A stretch of 64,000 bases of DNA, from IMG/VR virus record IMGVR_UViG_3300042922_001182, positions 124,001-188,000 of that record; one strand, 5' to 3'. Position 1 is the first letter of the stretch. Each line of letters begins with the position of its first letter. The translations under genes and the position numbers were made by a program. Shown here in pieces: positions 55,924 through 64,000 of the stretch. The notes under the pieces are model-generated. The model saw nothing but the letters and a program-made list of their open reading frames with translations, was not told the origin of the DNA and searched no databases.

Positions 55924-56292
55924 CTAGATCCTCCTGATAACCCGGTGGCGCTTGAGCCTCATGCGCTGCGCCACATCGTACATGTTCCTCGACCCCGGGG
56001 AGCAACCGTCCCAGAGGACGACGACCCCCTTGGCCTTGCCCTGGTGGGCCATCTGGTAGTTGCGGAGGTGCCCGGCCATGTCCCCCAGGCCCTCCCAGTC
56101 GGGGGAGAAGGGGTGGATGGGGATGCCCCGCTCTATGGCGAAGCGCTCCCCCAGGTTGTCGGCCCCCCTCTTGGCACGGCCGCTGATCACCGAGGTGATG
56201 ACGACGCCGTGCATGGCCTCGAACTCCTCGGCGGCCCGGACCATGGCCGCGTAGTCCCAGAGCCCCCTGGAGCCCGCTAGTATGACCCGCAC
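55924..56292 (-). CDS. SLOG-family (YspA/DUF2493-like) protein
   Basis: VILAGSR, VISGRAKRGAD, PDW...AGHLRNYQMA, WDGCSPGSRNM motifs. Confidence 0.85.
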   Translation of the reverse strand: MRVILAGSRGLWDYAAMVRAAEEFEAMHGVVITSVISGRAKRGADNLGERFAIERGIPIHPFSPDWEGLGDMAGHLRNYQMAHQGKAKGVVVLWDGCSPGSRNMYDVAQRMRLKRHRVIRRI

Positions 56293-56294
56293 GG

Positions 56295-57401
56295 CTAGGT
56301 GCCCACCACGCCGCTGAAGCCCTCGAAGAGGTAGTCCAGCTTGATGTAGTTGGCGCCGTAGTAGCGCTCGTTCACGCGCTTGAGCGACTCGGGGTCGTAC
56401 AGGTCGGTGATCTGGGAGCGGAGCATCGCCACCTCGGCGTCGGTGATGCAGGCGAAGGAGTCCTTGATGCTCAGCACTCGGAAGTTCTGCTCCAGGACCT
56501 TCAGCTCCTCGTCGGTTAGCGCTCCCTTCCGCTCGTCCTTGGACACGCGGGCGATGAGGTCATCGGGGTCGTCGTAGGCGGTCTGGGAGATCAGGCCGTC
56601 CTCCAGCCACCCCCGGATGCGCCCCAGGGCCTTCAGCGGGCCGATGCCCCGGCGCACCGCGTCGATGTCGTACCTCTTGGACCCGGAAAGGGCGAAGACG
56701 TACGGCAGGAGCTCGGGGCTGATGAAGCCGGGCACCTTGTCGTCGCTGCCCGCCACGGAGGCGATGGCGCTCTCCCGGTCGACGACGTCGCTCTTCTCGC
56801 CCTTGGCGGTCATGACGATGGCGTACTCGTCGATCTCGGTGTACTGAACGGCCAGCGGGTCGTTGCTGATGACGCAGGTGAGCTGCCCGGGGACGTGGAA
56901 CAGGTAGGGCACCACCCGGTGATCGGTCTCACCGGTGTCGAGGAAGTAGACGTAGGGGATGTACTCGCACACGCCCCGGGCCAGCTTGATGTTGATGTCC
57001 ATGACCTCGTTCAGACCGGCGAACTCCGGCGAGGCGGGACCGCGCTTCCGGTAGTAGTCGCTGCGGTACTTGTCGTTGATCTGAAGCATCCGCTTGGCGG
57101 GCTTGCCGGAGTAGTAGAAGTAGACGTTGGTGTACATCTCCAGGCGGCTCCAGAAGTAGTGCCGGTAGTGGGCGGCGGCGTTGAGGATGCCCTCGGAGGA
57201 GATCGCCAGCCGCTGCTCCCTCTTGAGCTTGCCGAACATCTGCAGCATCTCGGGCTTGTAGAGGCTGTTCAGGATGCTCCCCACATCCAGGAAGATGTTG
57301 ACGGTGTCGTAGCCCTCGGGGATCTTCGTCTTCGTCACCTCGTTGAGCACGTCGTACCGGATCTTCTTGCTGTGCAGGATCTTTTCAAGCGCGTCGTTCA
57401 T
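56295..57401 (-). CDS. PIN/FEN-fold 5'-3' nuclease-like protein (T4 RNase H-like, divergent)
   Basis: NIFLD, YR..Y..KR, VISND and helix-hairpin GIGPLKA motifs; several acidic ligands look degenerate. Confidence 0.5.
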   Translation of the reverse strand: MNDALEKILHSKKIRYDVLNEVTKTKIPEGYDTVNIFLDVGSILNSLYKPEMLQMFGKLKREQRLAISSEGILNAAAHYRHYFWSRLEMYTNVYFYYSGKPAKRMLQINDKYRSDYYRKRGPASPEFAGLNEVMDINIKLARGVCEYIPYVYFLDTGETDHRVVPYLFHVPGQLTCVISNDPLAVQYTEIDEYAIVMTAKGEKSDVVDRESAIASVAGSDDKVPGFISPELLPYVFALSGSKRYDIDAVRRGIGPLKALGRIRGWLEDGLISQTAYDDPDDLIARVSKDERKGALTDEELKVLEQNFRVLSIKDSFACITDAEVAMLRSQITDLYDPESLKRVNERYYGANYIKLDYLFEGFSGVVGT

Positions 57402-57445
57402 GGCCGGTCGGGGCCTCCTTTGCGGGTAGGGTCGGGGGAAGGTCG

Positions 57446-57457
57446 TATGGGGCTGTT
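57446..57457 (-). promoter_or_regulatory. AACA-N6-TA promoter
   Basis: Minus strand AACA GCCCCA TA upstream of 57401. Confidence 0.7.
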
Positions 57458-57764
57458 GGCGGGGGCATTTCCAGGTTATGCGGAGGCGTGCCTCGCTCGC
57501 GGTTAATGATTCCGTATGTCAGAGTAAGTTCTAGGATACATAGTTGCAAATGAAAGAGAGAAAGGAGTACAACAACTCCTTTCTTCTTATTTAAACACGA
57601 AGTTACCTAGAGGTCCCCTAGAGAACCTGGAAAAGGTCATCAAAGGATAGTTTTGACCGGTAATTAACTTTTTAGGGAAGACCTTAAAGGTCTAAACGGT
57701 ATGTATCTGTAAATCGCGCGAAATCCCACCCAGGGAATAAAGCGAATCTAAGCCATTTCCGACC

Positions 57765-57773
57765 GTATATTAT
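57765..57773 (+). promoter_or_regulatory. early-type promoter motif GTATATTAT
   Basis: CGACC-GTATATTAT, 45 nt upstream of 57818. Confidence 0.7.
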
Positions 57774-57817
57774 TGTTGTGACGTGATTGGATACTTAGCT
57801 ATAGGAGGTTATTAATC

Positions 57818-58579
57818 ATGAACAACAACAAGCCTTTCGTCCGTGGTAACTTCGAGCAGGCCACCTGGCTGACCGAGCGGATCATGCAGCACATCGTCAC
57901 CGGCAAGGCGAAGCGCGTGCGGGACTACCTGGAGTTCGCCCGCCGCCAGCTCCAGGTTTCTGAGATCCCGGCGGACAACAAGCTGAAGGTCAGCAGCCTG
58001 AAGGTCATCGGCATCCACGAGGACGTCCTCGAACTCGCCATCGAGCTCCTCAAGTCGGAGGGCTGGAAGGCGGGCAACGTCTCCCAGGAGGACTTCCTCA
58101 ATGGTTCCCCCTGGCTCCTCGACGCCAAGATGCAGGAAGATCTCCTGAAGAAGGCGGAGAAGGACGAGGAGAAGAAATCCGAATCCATCGGGTCCATCTT
58201 CCTCTTCGTCAAGGCCAACCAGGTGGTCCTGGACAAGACCACCATCTACCGCGCCGAGTGCGTCGCGGAGGACATCGTCCTCCAGAGCAAGATGCGCAGC
58301 TGCATCGGACTGACCGTCGAGGAGATCGAGGACCGAGGCGGCTTCCTCGCGGAGGCCATGCACGACCTCCAGGGCAAGATGCTCACGAAGACCTTCAACT
58401 TCCTGAAGAGCTTCGACGACAACGAGCTCAGCACCGCCCAGCGGGACAAGCTCTTGGGCATCATCCTGGGGAACACCGTCGCTCACCTCGACGCGATCAT
58501 CCCCGGCTGCGGGGAGGCCTTCGAGGCGTCCTCCAGCGCCAAGGTCCAGGCCCTGGTCAAGACCGGTTCCAAGCGCTAA
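57818..58579 (+). CDS. hypothetical protein, monocistronic putative early gene
   Basis: RBS AGGAGGT, own promoter motif and terminator. Confidence 0.8.
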   Translation: MNNNKPFVRGNFEQATWLTERIMQHIVTGKAKRVRDYLEFARRQLQVSEIPADNKLKVSSLKVIGIHEDVLELAIELLKSEGWKAGNVSQEDFLNGSPWLLDAKMQEDLLKKAEKDEEKKSESIGSIFLFVKANQVVLDKTTIYRAECVAEDIVLQSKMRSCIGLTVEEIEDRGGFLAEAMHDLQGKMLTKTFNFLKSFDDNELSTAQRDKLLGIILGNTVAHLDAIIPGCGEAFEASSSAKVQALVKTGSKR

Positions 58580-58617
58580 GAAGAAGGGGAAGCCAGGCGG
58601 CTTCCCCTTCTTTTTTT
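58580..58617. terminator. intrinsic terminator
   Basis: AGAAGGGGAAGCC-loop-GGCTTCCCCTTCT plus T-run. Confidence 0.85.
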
Positions 58618-59380
58618 AGCCCTCGGAGTCCTTCAACCGGACCAGGTAGGCCATGAACGAGTCGTAGTCCTTGTCGACGATCTTGAAGTACCTGATTCCG
58701 AGCCTCTTCACCTCGGCCTCCTTGGCGATCTCCTTGACCCGTTCTCGCTCCCTGTAGTCGTGGGTGTTGGCGATAGATGGGTCCACGCCGTCTGCAACGG
58801 AGGAACCCTTCACCTCCACGATGAGGTCGTAGCTGGTGAGGTAGAAATCGGGGATGTAGACCCGCTTGACGCCTCCCTCCTCGTAGACGATGGTCTGCGG
58901 GGCGGGGGAGATCACGTCGCTGGGGTTCCACTCAAGGACGACGTCCATGAACTCAAGGAAGTCCCTCTCGTAGGAGCCGGTGTAGGTGGAGCTGGTGCCG
59001 TCCCTCCACTCGTAGGTGCCCGAGATGCCACGGTTGGCGAGCATCTTGCGCTGCTGCTCGGGGTCGTCCAGAAGGTGCTCCTTCCCGAACTTCTTGACCA
59101 TCCGCTCCCTGAACTGGCTGCGGTACTTCTCCCGGCAGGAGGTCTCCGGACGGGAGCACAGGCGCTCGTAGCGGCCCGCCTTCTCGTTGAACGGGACGGA
59201 CTTGCGGCACATGATGCAGCTACCCCTACGGCCGCCGTTCCTGGAGTCGAAGAGGGCCTGGAGGGGGCTGACGCCGCCGATGGCCTTGAGCCCGTCCGAG
59301 TGCTCCCGCTCGATGTGCTCGCATAGGAGCTTCTCGTCCTTGCCCGTCCTGTCGCAGAACGGGCACTTCTGCTTCCTCAT
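58616..59380 (-). CDS. zinc-finger PD-(D/E)xK endonuclease (TnsA-N / T4 gp4 head-completion nuclease-like)
   Basis: C2H2 finger CPFC...HIEREH, second Cys cluster, SYERDF, YIPDFY...IVEVKG. Confidence 0.75.
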   Translation of the reverse strand: MRKQKCPFCDRTGKDEKLLCEHIEREHSDGLKAIGGVSPLQALFDSRNGGRRGSCIMCRKSVPFNEKAGRYERLCSRPETSCREKYRSQFRERMVKKFGKEHLLDDPEQQRKMLANRGISGTYEWRDGTSSTYTGSYERDFLEFMDVVLEWNPSDVISPAPQTIVYEEGGVKRVYIPDFYLTSYDLIVEVKGSSVADGVDPSIANTHDYRERERVKEIAKEAEVKRLGIRYFKIVDKDYDSFMAYLVRLKDSEG

Positions 59381-59406
59381 ATCGTCCTCCTGTTCTTTCC
59401 TGGCTA

Positions 59407-59451
59407 TAATATGGTGTTTCCACCAGAAGGGCGAAGGCCAACAAAACCATA
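59407..59451. promoter_or_regulatory. back-to-back AACA-N6-TA promoters
   Basis: Minus strand AACA CCATAT TA (59418-59407) and plus strand AACA AAACCA TA (59440-59451) between divergent genes. Confidence 0.7.
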
Positions 59452-59481
59452 ACTTCGCAGAGCCAACAGGAGGAAAGACGG

Positions 59482-59910
59482 ATGGCAGACGAAATCGTGC
59501 CCGAGTACCAGAAGGAGGAGTTCTTCCTCCAGGTGGGCGACTTCAAGAAGGCCAACTCGGTGACCAAGAACCTAGCCCTCGCGAGGGTGCTGCAGACCCT
59601 CATCATCCTGATGCCGGGCACCTACCCCAACGCCCCCGACATGGGCGTCGGGATCGAGCAGTACCTCTTCGAGTTCCTGGACGGCGTGACCATCCAGCAG
59701 CTCACCCAGAGGCTGCGGGACCAGATCGACACCTACATCCCCAACAACGACATCAACGGGATCGAGATCCAACCGATCAAGGGCCCCGACGGCAAGACCA
59801 ACACCCTGGGAATGATCTTCACGCTGGGGAATTCGGAACAGGTGGCCTTGGCCTTCGACCTGGCCGCATCCCGCAAGACCAAGGTGGTCTCCCGCGTCGT
59901 CCTCGCCTGA
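59482..59910 (+). CDS. baseplate wedge / sheath-initiator protein (T4 gp25-like)
   Basis: LIILMPGTYPNAPDMGVGIEQYLFE...QIDTYIP matches the gp25 GER..P.FG..L..LFE pattern. Confidence 0.7.
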   Translation: MADEIVPEYQKEEFFLQVGDFKKANSVTKNLALARVLQTLIILMPGTYPNAPDMGVGIEQYLFEFLDGVTIQQLTQRLRDQIDTYIPNNDINGIEIQPIKGPDGKTNTLGMIFTLGNSEQVALAFDLAASRKTKVVSRVVLA

Positions 59911-60010
59911 CGAGTTTTAAAGAAAAAGGCATGGGGCCAACAACAGCAGTAGGGCCGCCCTGGGCCTGACCCACCGTGGCACAACACCACAGGAAAGGAT
60001 TCGAGGAAGT

Positions 60011-61534
60011 ATGGAAAGCTTCGACAACACCAACCCCCAGGCCGGGGCGGACTCCACCCCGGCCGGAACCCCCATGTACGGTAGCGATCAGGCTGAGCCT
60101 CCTTTCGCCCGTCCCAAGGCCAGCGAGCCCCAGCAGGCTCCGGCCTACGACCCTCCGTTCGAGAGGAACGCCGGTGTCCCGCTTCCCGGAGCCACCCCTC
60201 TGAAGCAGCTCGTGGAGAAGCAGCAGAGCGTGGCTCCCGTCCAGGGCTACGTCGTCGACATCGACAACGCCCCGGAGGAGACCCCCGAGGAGATCATGGG
60301 AACCGTCTCCGGCTACCTGGAGGCCTACGACAACCTCTTGGGAGAGACCCCGACCAAGAGCCAGGAGCCTTCTGCCCCGGCGGTCGAGCGGGAGCCCGTC
60401 GTCCACGCTCCGACGACCCCTCCCCCTGTGGTCGAGCAGAAGAAGGACGAGATGTGGTCGGAGCCGGTCTCGCCTCCCCCTGTCCACAACCCGCCCCCGG
60501 ATCAGCAGCCCGTCCTGGCCATCCAGCTCACCGAGGACGAGCGGCAGGAGCGAGAGAACGGCAAGATCACGACGCGCAACGTCTTCGACGGTCTGAACGT
60601 CTCGATCGACGTCAACAAGATCGTCCTCTCCGAGTCGAACAAGCTGGTCCAGATGACCTCCATGGAGTCGGTGTTCAACGCCGTGCCCACCATGAAGGTG
60701 ATCCTCACCCAGTCCGGCTGGTGGGGTGAGATGTCGGCCCTCAGCATGGCGGAGATCAACTCCATCAACCTGTCGACGAACGACCCCTACACGGACACCC
60801 GCCGCCAGTACCAGATCCTGCACAAGCACATCGAGTCCAGCAACCTGGGCAAGATCGGCTTCAACGACTTCCTGAAGGCCACCGCCTTCTACGACGTCGA
60901 CAGCTTGTACTACGGCTGCTACTGCATGACGTTCCCCGGCGAGAACGAGTTCGAGATCACCTGCCCGTCGTGCCAGAAGAAGACCGTCGCGATCATCACC
61001 AACAACAGCCTCTTCAAGCGCCCGTCGGCGGAGACGATCGCCAAGGTGAAGCAACTGCGCAACACGGTCGCCACCCCGCAGGAGCTGGTCGCCGCGTCGC
61101 TGCTCTCGGAGACGCACCGCGTCGCCCTGCCGGACAGCAAGATGGTCGTCGAGCTGCGTTCGCCCACGCTGGAGGACTACCTGGAAAACCTGAACGGCAT
61201 CACCCCCGAGCAGGCCGACAAGTACGCCAGCGCCGTCGGCATCCGGGCCTTCGTCAGCCGCCTGTTCATGCTGGACATCCCCGCCACCAAGCGGGCCAAC
61301 GAGCCCAGGTTCTTCGAGGTCCACGGCGACGTGCTGTTCGAGGCCCTGTGCCGCCTGAGCAAGGTCGACGGCAAGACCGTCAGCACGGCCATCGAGGGGG
61401 ACGTCAAGCGGTACATCATCGGCTACTCTCTGAAGCCGTTCCCCTGCCGCAACTGCAACGACACCATCCCGGAGATGCCCGTCAACATGGAGCGCGTGCT
61501 TTTCACCCAGATCGCGAAGGAGGTGAGGTCCTAA
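60011..61534 (+). CDS. baseplate-hub / tail assembly chaperone (T4 gp26-like) with Pro-rich N-terminal extension
   Basis: ITCPSC and PCRNC zinc pairs, ELRSPTL, D..SLYYG; adjacent to the gp25-like gene. Confidence 0.6.
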   Translation: MESFDNTNPQAGADSTPAGTPMYGSDQAEPPFARPKASEPQQAPAYDPPFERNAGVPLPGATPLKQLVEKQQSVAPVQGYVVDIDNAPEETPEEIMGTVSGYLEAYDNLLGETPTKSQEPSAPAVEREPVVHAPTTPPPVVEQKKDEMWSEPVSPPPVHNPPPDQQPVLAIQLTEDERQERENGKITTRNVFDGLNVSIDVNKIVLSESNKLVQMTSMESVFNAVPTMKVILTQSGWWGEMSALSMAEINSINLSTNDPYTDTRRQYQILHKHIESSNLGKIGFNDFLKATAFYDVDSLYYGCYCMTFPGENEFEITCPSCQKKTVAIITNNSLFKRPSAETIAKVKQLRNTVATPQELVAASLLSETHRVALPDSKMVVELRSPTLEDYLENLNGITPEQADKYASAVGIRAFVSRLFMLDIPATKRANEPRFFEVHGDVLFEALCRLSKVDGKTVSTAIEGDVKRYIIGYSLKPFPCRNCNDTIPEMPVNMERVLFTQIAKEVRS

Positions 61535-61563
61535 GGTTCAAGTACCGCAAGTACGCTGAACTT

Positions 61564-61704
61564 TTGGTCTCAATCATCGACCTATTCGAGGGTCGCCTCC
61601 AGATAGAGCACGTCATGAACCAGCCGATGCCGATCGTGAAGGACATGATCGACGCTAAGATAAAGCAGATCGAGAAGGAGCGGGCCAAGATGCCCAAGGT
61701 GTAG
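61564..61704 (+). CDS. small helical protein (gp51-like or chaperone extension); start uncertain
   Basis: Open frame (L)VSIIDLFEGRLQIEHVMNQPMPIVKDMIDAKIKQIEKE directly after the gp26-like gene. Confidence 0.45.
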   Translation: MVSIIDLFEGRLQIEHVMNQPMPIVKDMIDAKIKQIEKERAKMPKV

Positions 61705-61744
61705 GTCCGCTCCCCTCCCACCCACAGAAAGAGAAAGAAAGTCA

Positions 61745-62071
61745 ATGAGCACCAACGAGCAGAACGCCCCCGAGCAGAACGACGAGCAGAACGCCCCCGA
61801 GCAGTCCCCTCCTCCCGTCGAGCTGAACCTGGAGCTCTACAGCGCCACCGTCGTCGCTCAGGACGGTAGCAGCGCCCAGACGGCGCAGCTGTGGCCCAAC
61901 CGTGGGACCGCCCTTGCCGAGGCCGAGGCCATGGCCGACCGAGCCAAGGTCGCCATCGTCAAGGTCGACGTCGTCACCCACCGCATCAACAGCTCCGTCG
62001 TGGAGGCCCTGTCGCAGCACATCGCGGCCCTCCGAGCCCAGATGGCCGAGCAGCAGCAGCCGCAGGGCTAG
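61745..62071 (+). CDS. hypothetical protein with duplicated EQNAPEQ
   Basis: ORF with purine-rich RBS; short direct repeat at the 5' end. Confidence 0.7.
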   Translation: MSTNEQNAPEQNDEQNAPEQSPPPVELNLELYSATVVAQDGSSAQTAQLWPNRGTALAEAEAMADRAKVAIVKVDVVTHRINSSVVEALSQHIAALRAQMAEQQQPQG

Positions 62072-62126
62072 GAGGTAGAGCCATGCTGACCTCCGATATC
62101 CGGGGTCTGACGGTAGGAGGTCGGCT

Positions 62127-62522
62127 ATGAACATCGAGCTCTACCGTTCGGTGACAGGCGGGAGCGGCGACGTCAACGAGGACAGGGACCGCCTTCTCAA
62201 GGGCTTGAGCTTCACCAGCAACTTCAAGCGACTGGAGCAGGCGGTCAACCTCCTTCTCGAATACAGCCTCTTCTCCGTGGCCTCCAACTTCAGACCGGGT
62301 GAACTGGAAGAGTATCCCCAAGAGGCGAAGCTGGAGAGCGTCCGTCTGGACTTCTCCAGCTACGAAGACGCCGAGGCCCTCTACGAGAGGATGTCCTCCG
62401 GCGCAATCCCCCAGGTGACACCCCTCCGGTACGTCGTCCTGCACCAAGACAGCATCTACCTCTACCTCCACAACGAGGAAGAGCACGGTGTCGAGGCCAC
62501 CGAGTACTCCGTGGCACTGTAA
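62127..62522 (+). CDS. hypothetical protein
   Basis: RBS AGGAGGT. Confidence 0.7.
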   Translation: MNIELYRSVTGGSGDVNEDRDRLLKGLSFTSNFKRLEQAVNLLLEYSLFSVASNFRPGELEEYPQEAKLESVRLDFSSYEDAEALYERMSSGAIPQVTPLRYVVLHQDSIYLYLHNEEEHGVEATEYSVAL

Positions 62523-62611
62523 GGGCGAAAGACCTCCGCTGCAAGGCCAATGCGCCTTGCAGCGGAATGGTTCTCCACACTATACCAAGACAGGAAAGAG
62601 GAAAGACAACC

Positions 62612-64000
62612 ATGTCCCAGAAAAAGAAGACCGACGTGGACAGGAAGATGCCGTTGGAGGAGACCTTTATCACCTCGAACGTCGTGACCGAGGCCGACAC
62701 CCGTCGGCAGATCGGGGACACCCTGACCTTCGTCTCCAAGGCGCTCGCCAAGACGCTCGGCCCCTACGGCTCGACCACCATCGTCCACGATCGCGAGGCC
62801 ATGGCCCACTTCATGACGAAGGACGGCTACAAGGTGCTCAACTCCATCCAGATCATGGAGGAGGTCCCGCGCACGGTTCTGAACATCATCACCCGCGTCA
62901 GCCGGACCCTGGTCCGCACGGTGGGCGACGGATCGACGTCCTCGATCGTGGTTTCCAACAACCTCTACCACCGGATCGCCAAGCTCCTCCAGAAGTACTC
63001 CATCGCCCCCAAGGACATGGTGGACGCGCTCACCCTCGCCTCCCAGATGCTCGCCGACCTGATCGACAAGAAGGCGTACCAGATCCCCGACCTCGACACC
63101 GAGGAGGGGCTGGAGCTGGTCGCGTGCGTTGCCGCCGTGTCCACCAACAACGACCTGGCGTCGGGCGACCTCGTCGCCAAGATCTTCCAGGAGATCGGCC
63201 GACACGGCTTCGTCACCATCGACGACAACTTCTCCGAGACCGACGAGTACAAGATCACGAACGGCCTGGAGCACAACCGGGGCTGGATCGACTCTGTCTT
63301 CATCAACGACCACAACCGCAGGTCGGTAGAGTTCGAGAACGCATTCGTCCTCCTGGTGGACGACTTCATGACGCAGAACGACCTCCAGGTGCTGGCTGAG
63401 ATGATGACAGAGATCGTTGTCAATAACCGCTCTCCCATGGTCATCGTGGCACGCGGCTTCGACGATGCCACGACCAAGTTCTTCCGGGACAACAAGGTGA
63501 GCAGCCCCACGCTCCCCATCTGCGTGGTGGACATCGCCATGTCGAGCAAGGACCACCTGGAGCGCTTCGAGGACATCGCGGCCTTCATCGGCGGGCGACC
63601 CCTCCGCAAGAGCCAGGGCGAGAAGCTGAGCGAAATCAGCCCTGAGGAGCTCGGCATCGTGAAGGCCTTCAGCAGCGACGAGCTGAAGACGCGCTTCGTC
63701 GGCGGTCGGGGCGTCGCCACGGCGAAGCTGAACGAACGCGTGGAAAAGCTCAAGGAGAAGATCCAGGAGCTCTCCGGCGTCAGCGACCGGGTCAACCGGG
63801 ACGCCGAGATCCGACTGGTGGAGAAGCGCATCGCCGCGCTGACCTCCGGGATGGCCGTCCTCCGGGTCGGCGGCGCGACGGACTCCGAGCGGAGCGCCCG
63901 CAAGGACCTGTTCGAGGATGCCGTCTACGCCGTCCAGAGCGCCCTGCGCCACGGCATCGTCATGGGCGGCACCCTGGCGGTCCCGCACATCATCGCCTCC
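62612..64000 (+). CDS. groEL: GroEL-like phage chaperonin (3' truncated at window edge; absent from ORF track)
   Basis: Manual translation from ATG 62612: KTLGPYG, TKDGYKV, VGDGSTS, AVLRVGGATDSE...KDLFEDA...GIVMGG. Confidence 0.93.
   Translation, partial: MSQKKKTDVDRKMPLEETFITSNVVTEADTRRQIGDTLTFVSKALAKTLGPYGSTTIVHDREAMAHFMTKDGYKVLNSIQIMEEVPRTVLNIITRVSRTLVRTVGDGSTSSIVVSNNLYHRIAKLLQKYSIAPKDMVDALTLASQMLADLIDKKAYQIPDLDTEEGLELVACVAAVSTNNDLASGDLVAKIFQEIGRHGFVTIDDNFSETDEYKITNGLEHNRGWIDSVFINDHNRRSVEFENAFVLLVDDFMTQNDLQVLAEMMTEIVVNNRSPMVIVARGFDDATTKFFRDNKVSSPTLPICVVDIAMSSKDHLERFEDIAAFIGGRPLRKSQGEKLSEISPEELGIVKAFSSDELKTRFVGGRGVATAKLNERVEKLKEKIQELSGVSDRVNRDAEIRLVEKRIAALTSGMAVLRVGGATDSERSARKDLFEDAVYAVQSALRHGIVMGGTLAVPHIIAS

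Noticed and set aside
58616-59380. Transposase (TnsA) or the intron's free-standing homing endonuclease
   Set aside because: No transposon ends or partner genes; it has a late-type promoter and is divergent from a gp25-like gene, which fits a morphogenesis nuclease better
1-64000. tRNA or rRNA genes, inteins in terminase/helicase/RNAP, and phage-nucleus genes (chimallin, PhuZ)
   Set aside because: No cloverleaf, intein splice motifs or tubulin signature recognised by eye; absence was not verified computationally

Overview
This window is part of a GC-rich (roughly 60-65% by eye) jumbo myophage genome organised like the AR9/PBS1/phiKZ-related giant phages. It encodes a terminase large subunit, a T4 gp23-like major capsid protein, head and neck proteins, a 2764-aa tape-measure/lysin protein and several baseplate proteins. 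It also encodes three multisubunit RNA polymerase subunits (beta'-N with the DYDGD motif, an unsplit beta, and beta'-C), a family-B DNA polymerase, a UvsW-like helicase, a RusA-like resolvase, HAD/HD/metallo-beta-lactamase hydrolases, an HU/H1-like protein and a GroEL-like chaperonin that runs off the right edge. Two promoter motifs can be read directly: AACA-N6-T(A/G) at 16 correctly oriented sites (the AR9 late-promoter consensus) and an (R)YATATTAT motif at six plus-strand sites. The standout feature is a 601-nt group I intron (16433-17033, minus strand) splitting the DNA polymerase. Its P6 loop holds no homing endonuclease. Instead it carries a complete antisense transcription unit (promoter motif, RBS, 61-aa amphipathic 11-mer-repeat peptide, terminator) whose T-tract is the same DNA as one arm of intron helix P6a. 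All assignments come from motif recognition by eye; no searches were run.
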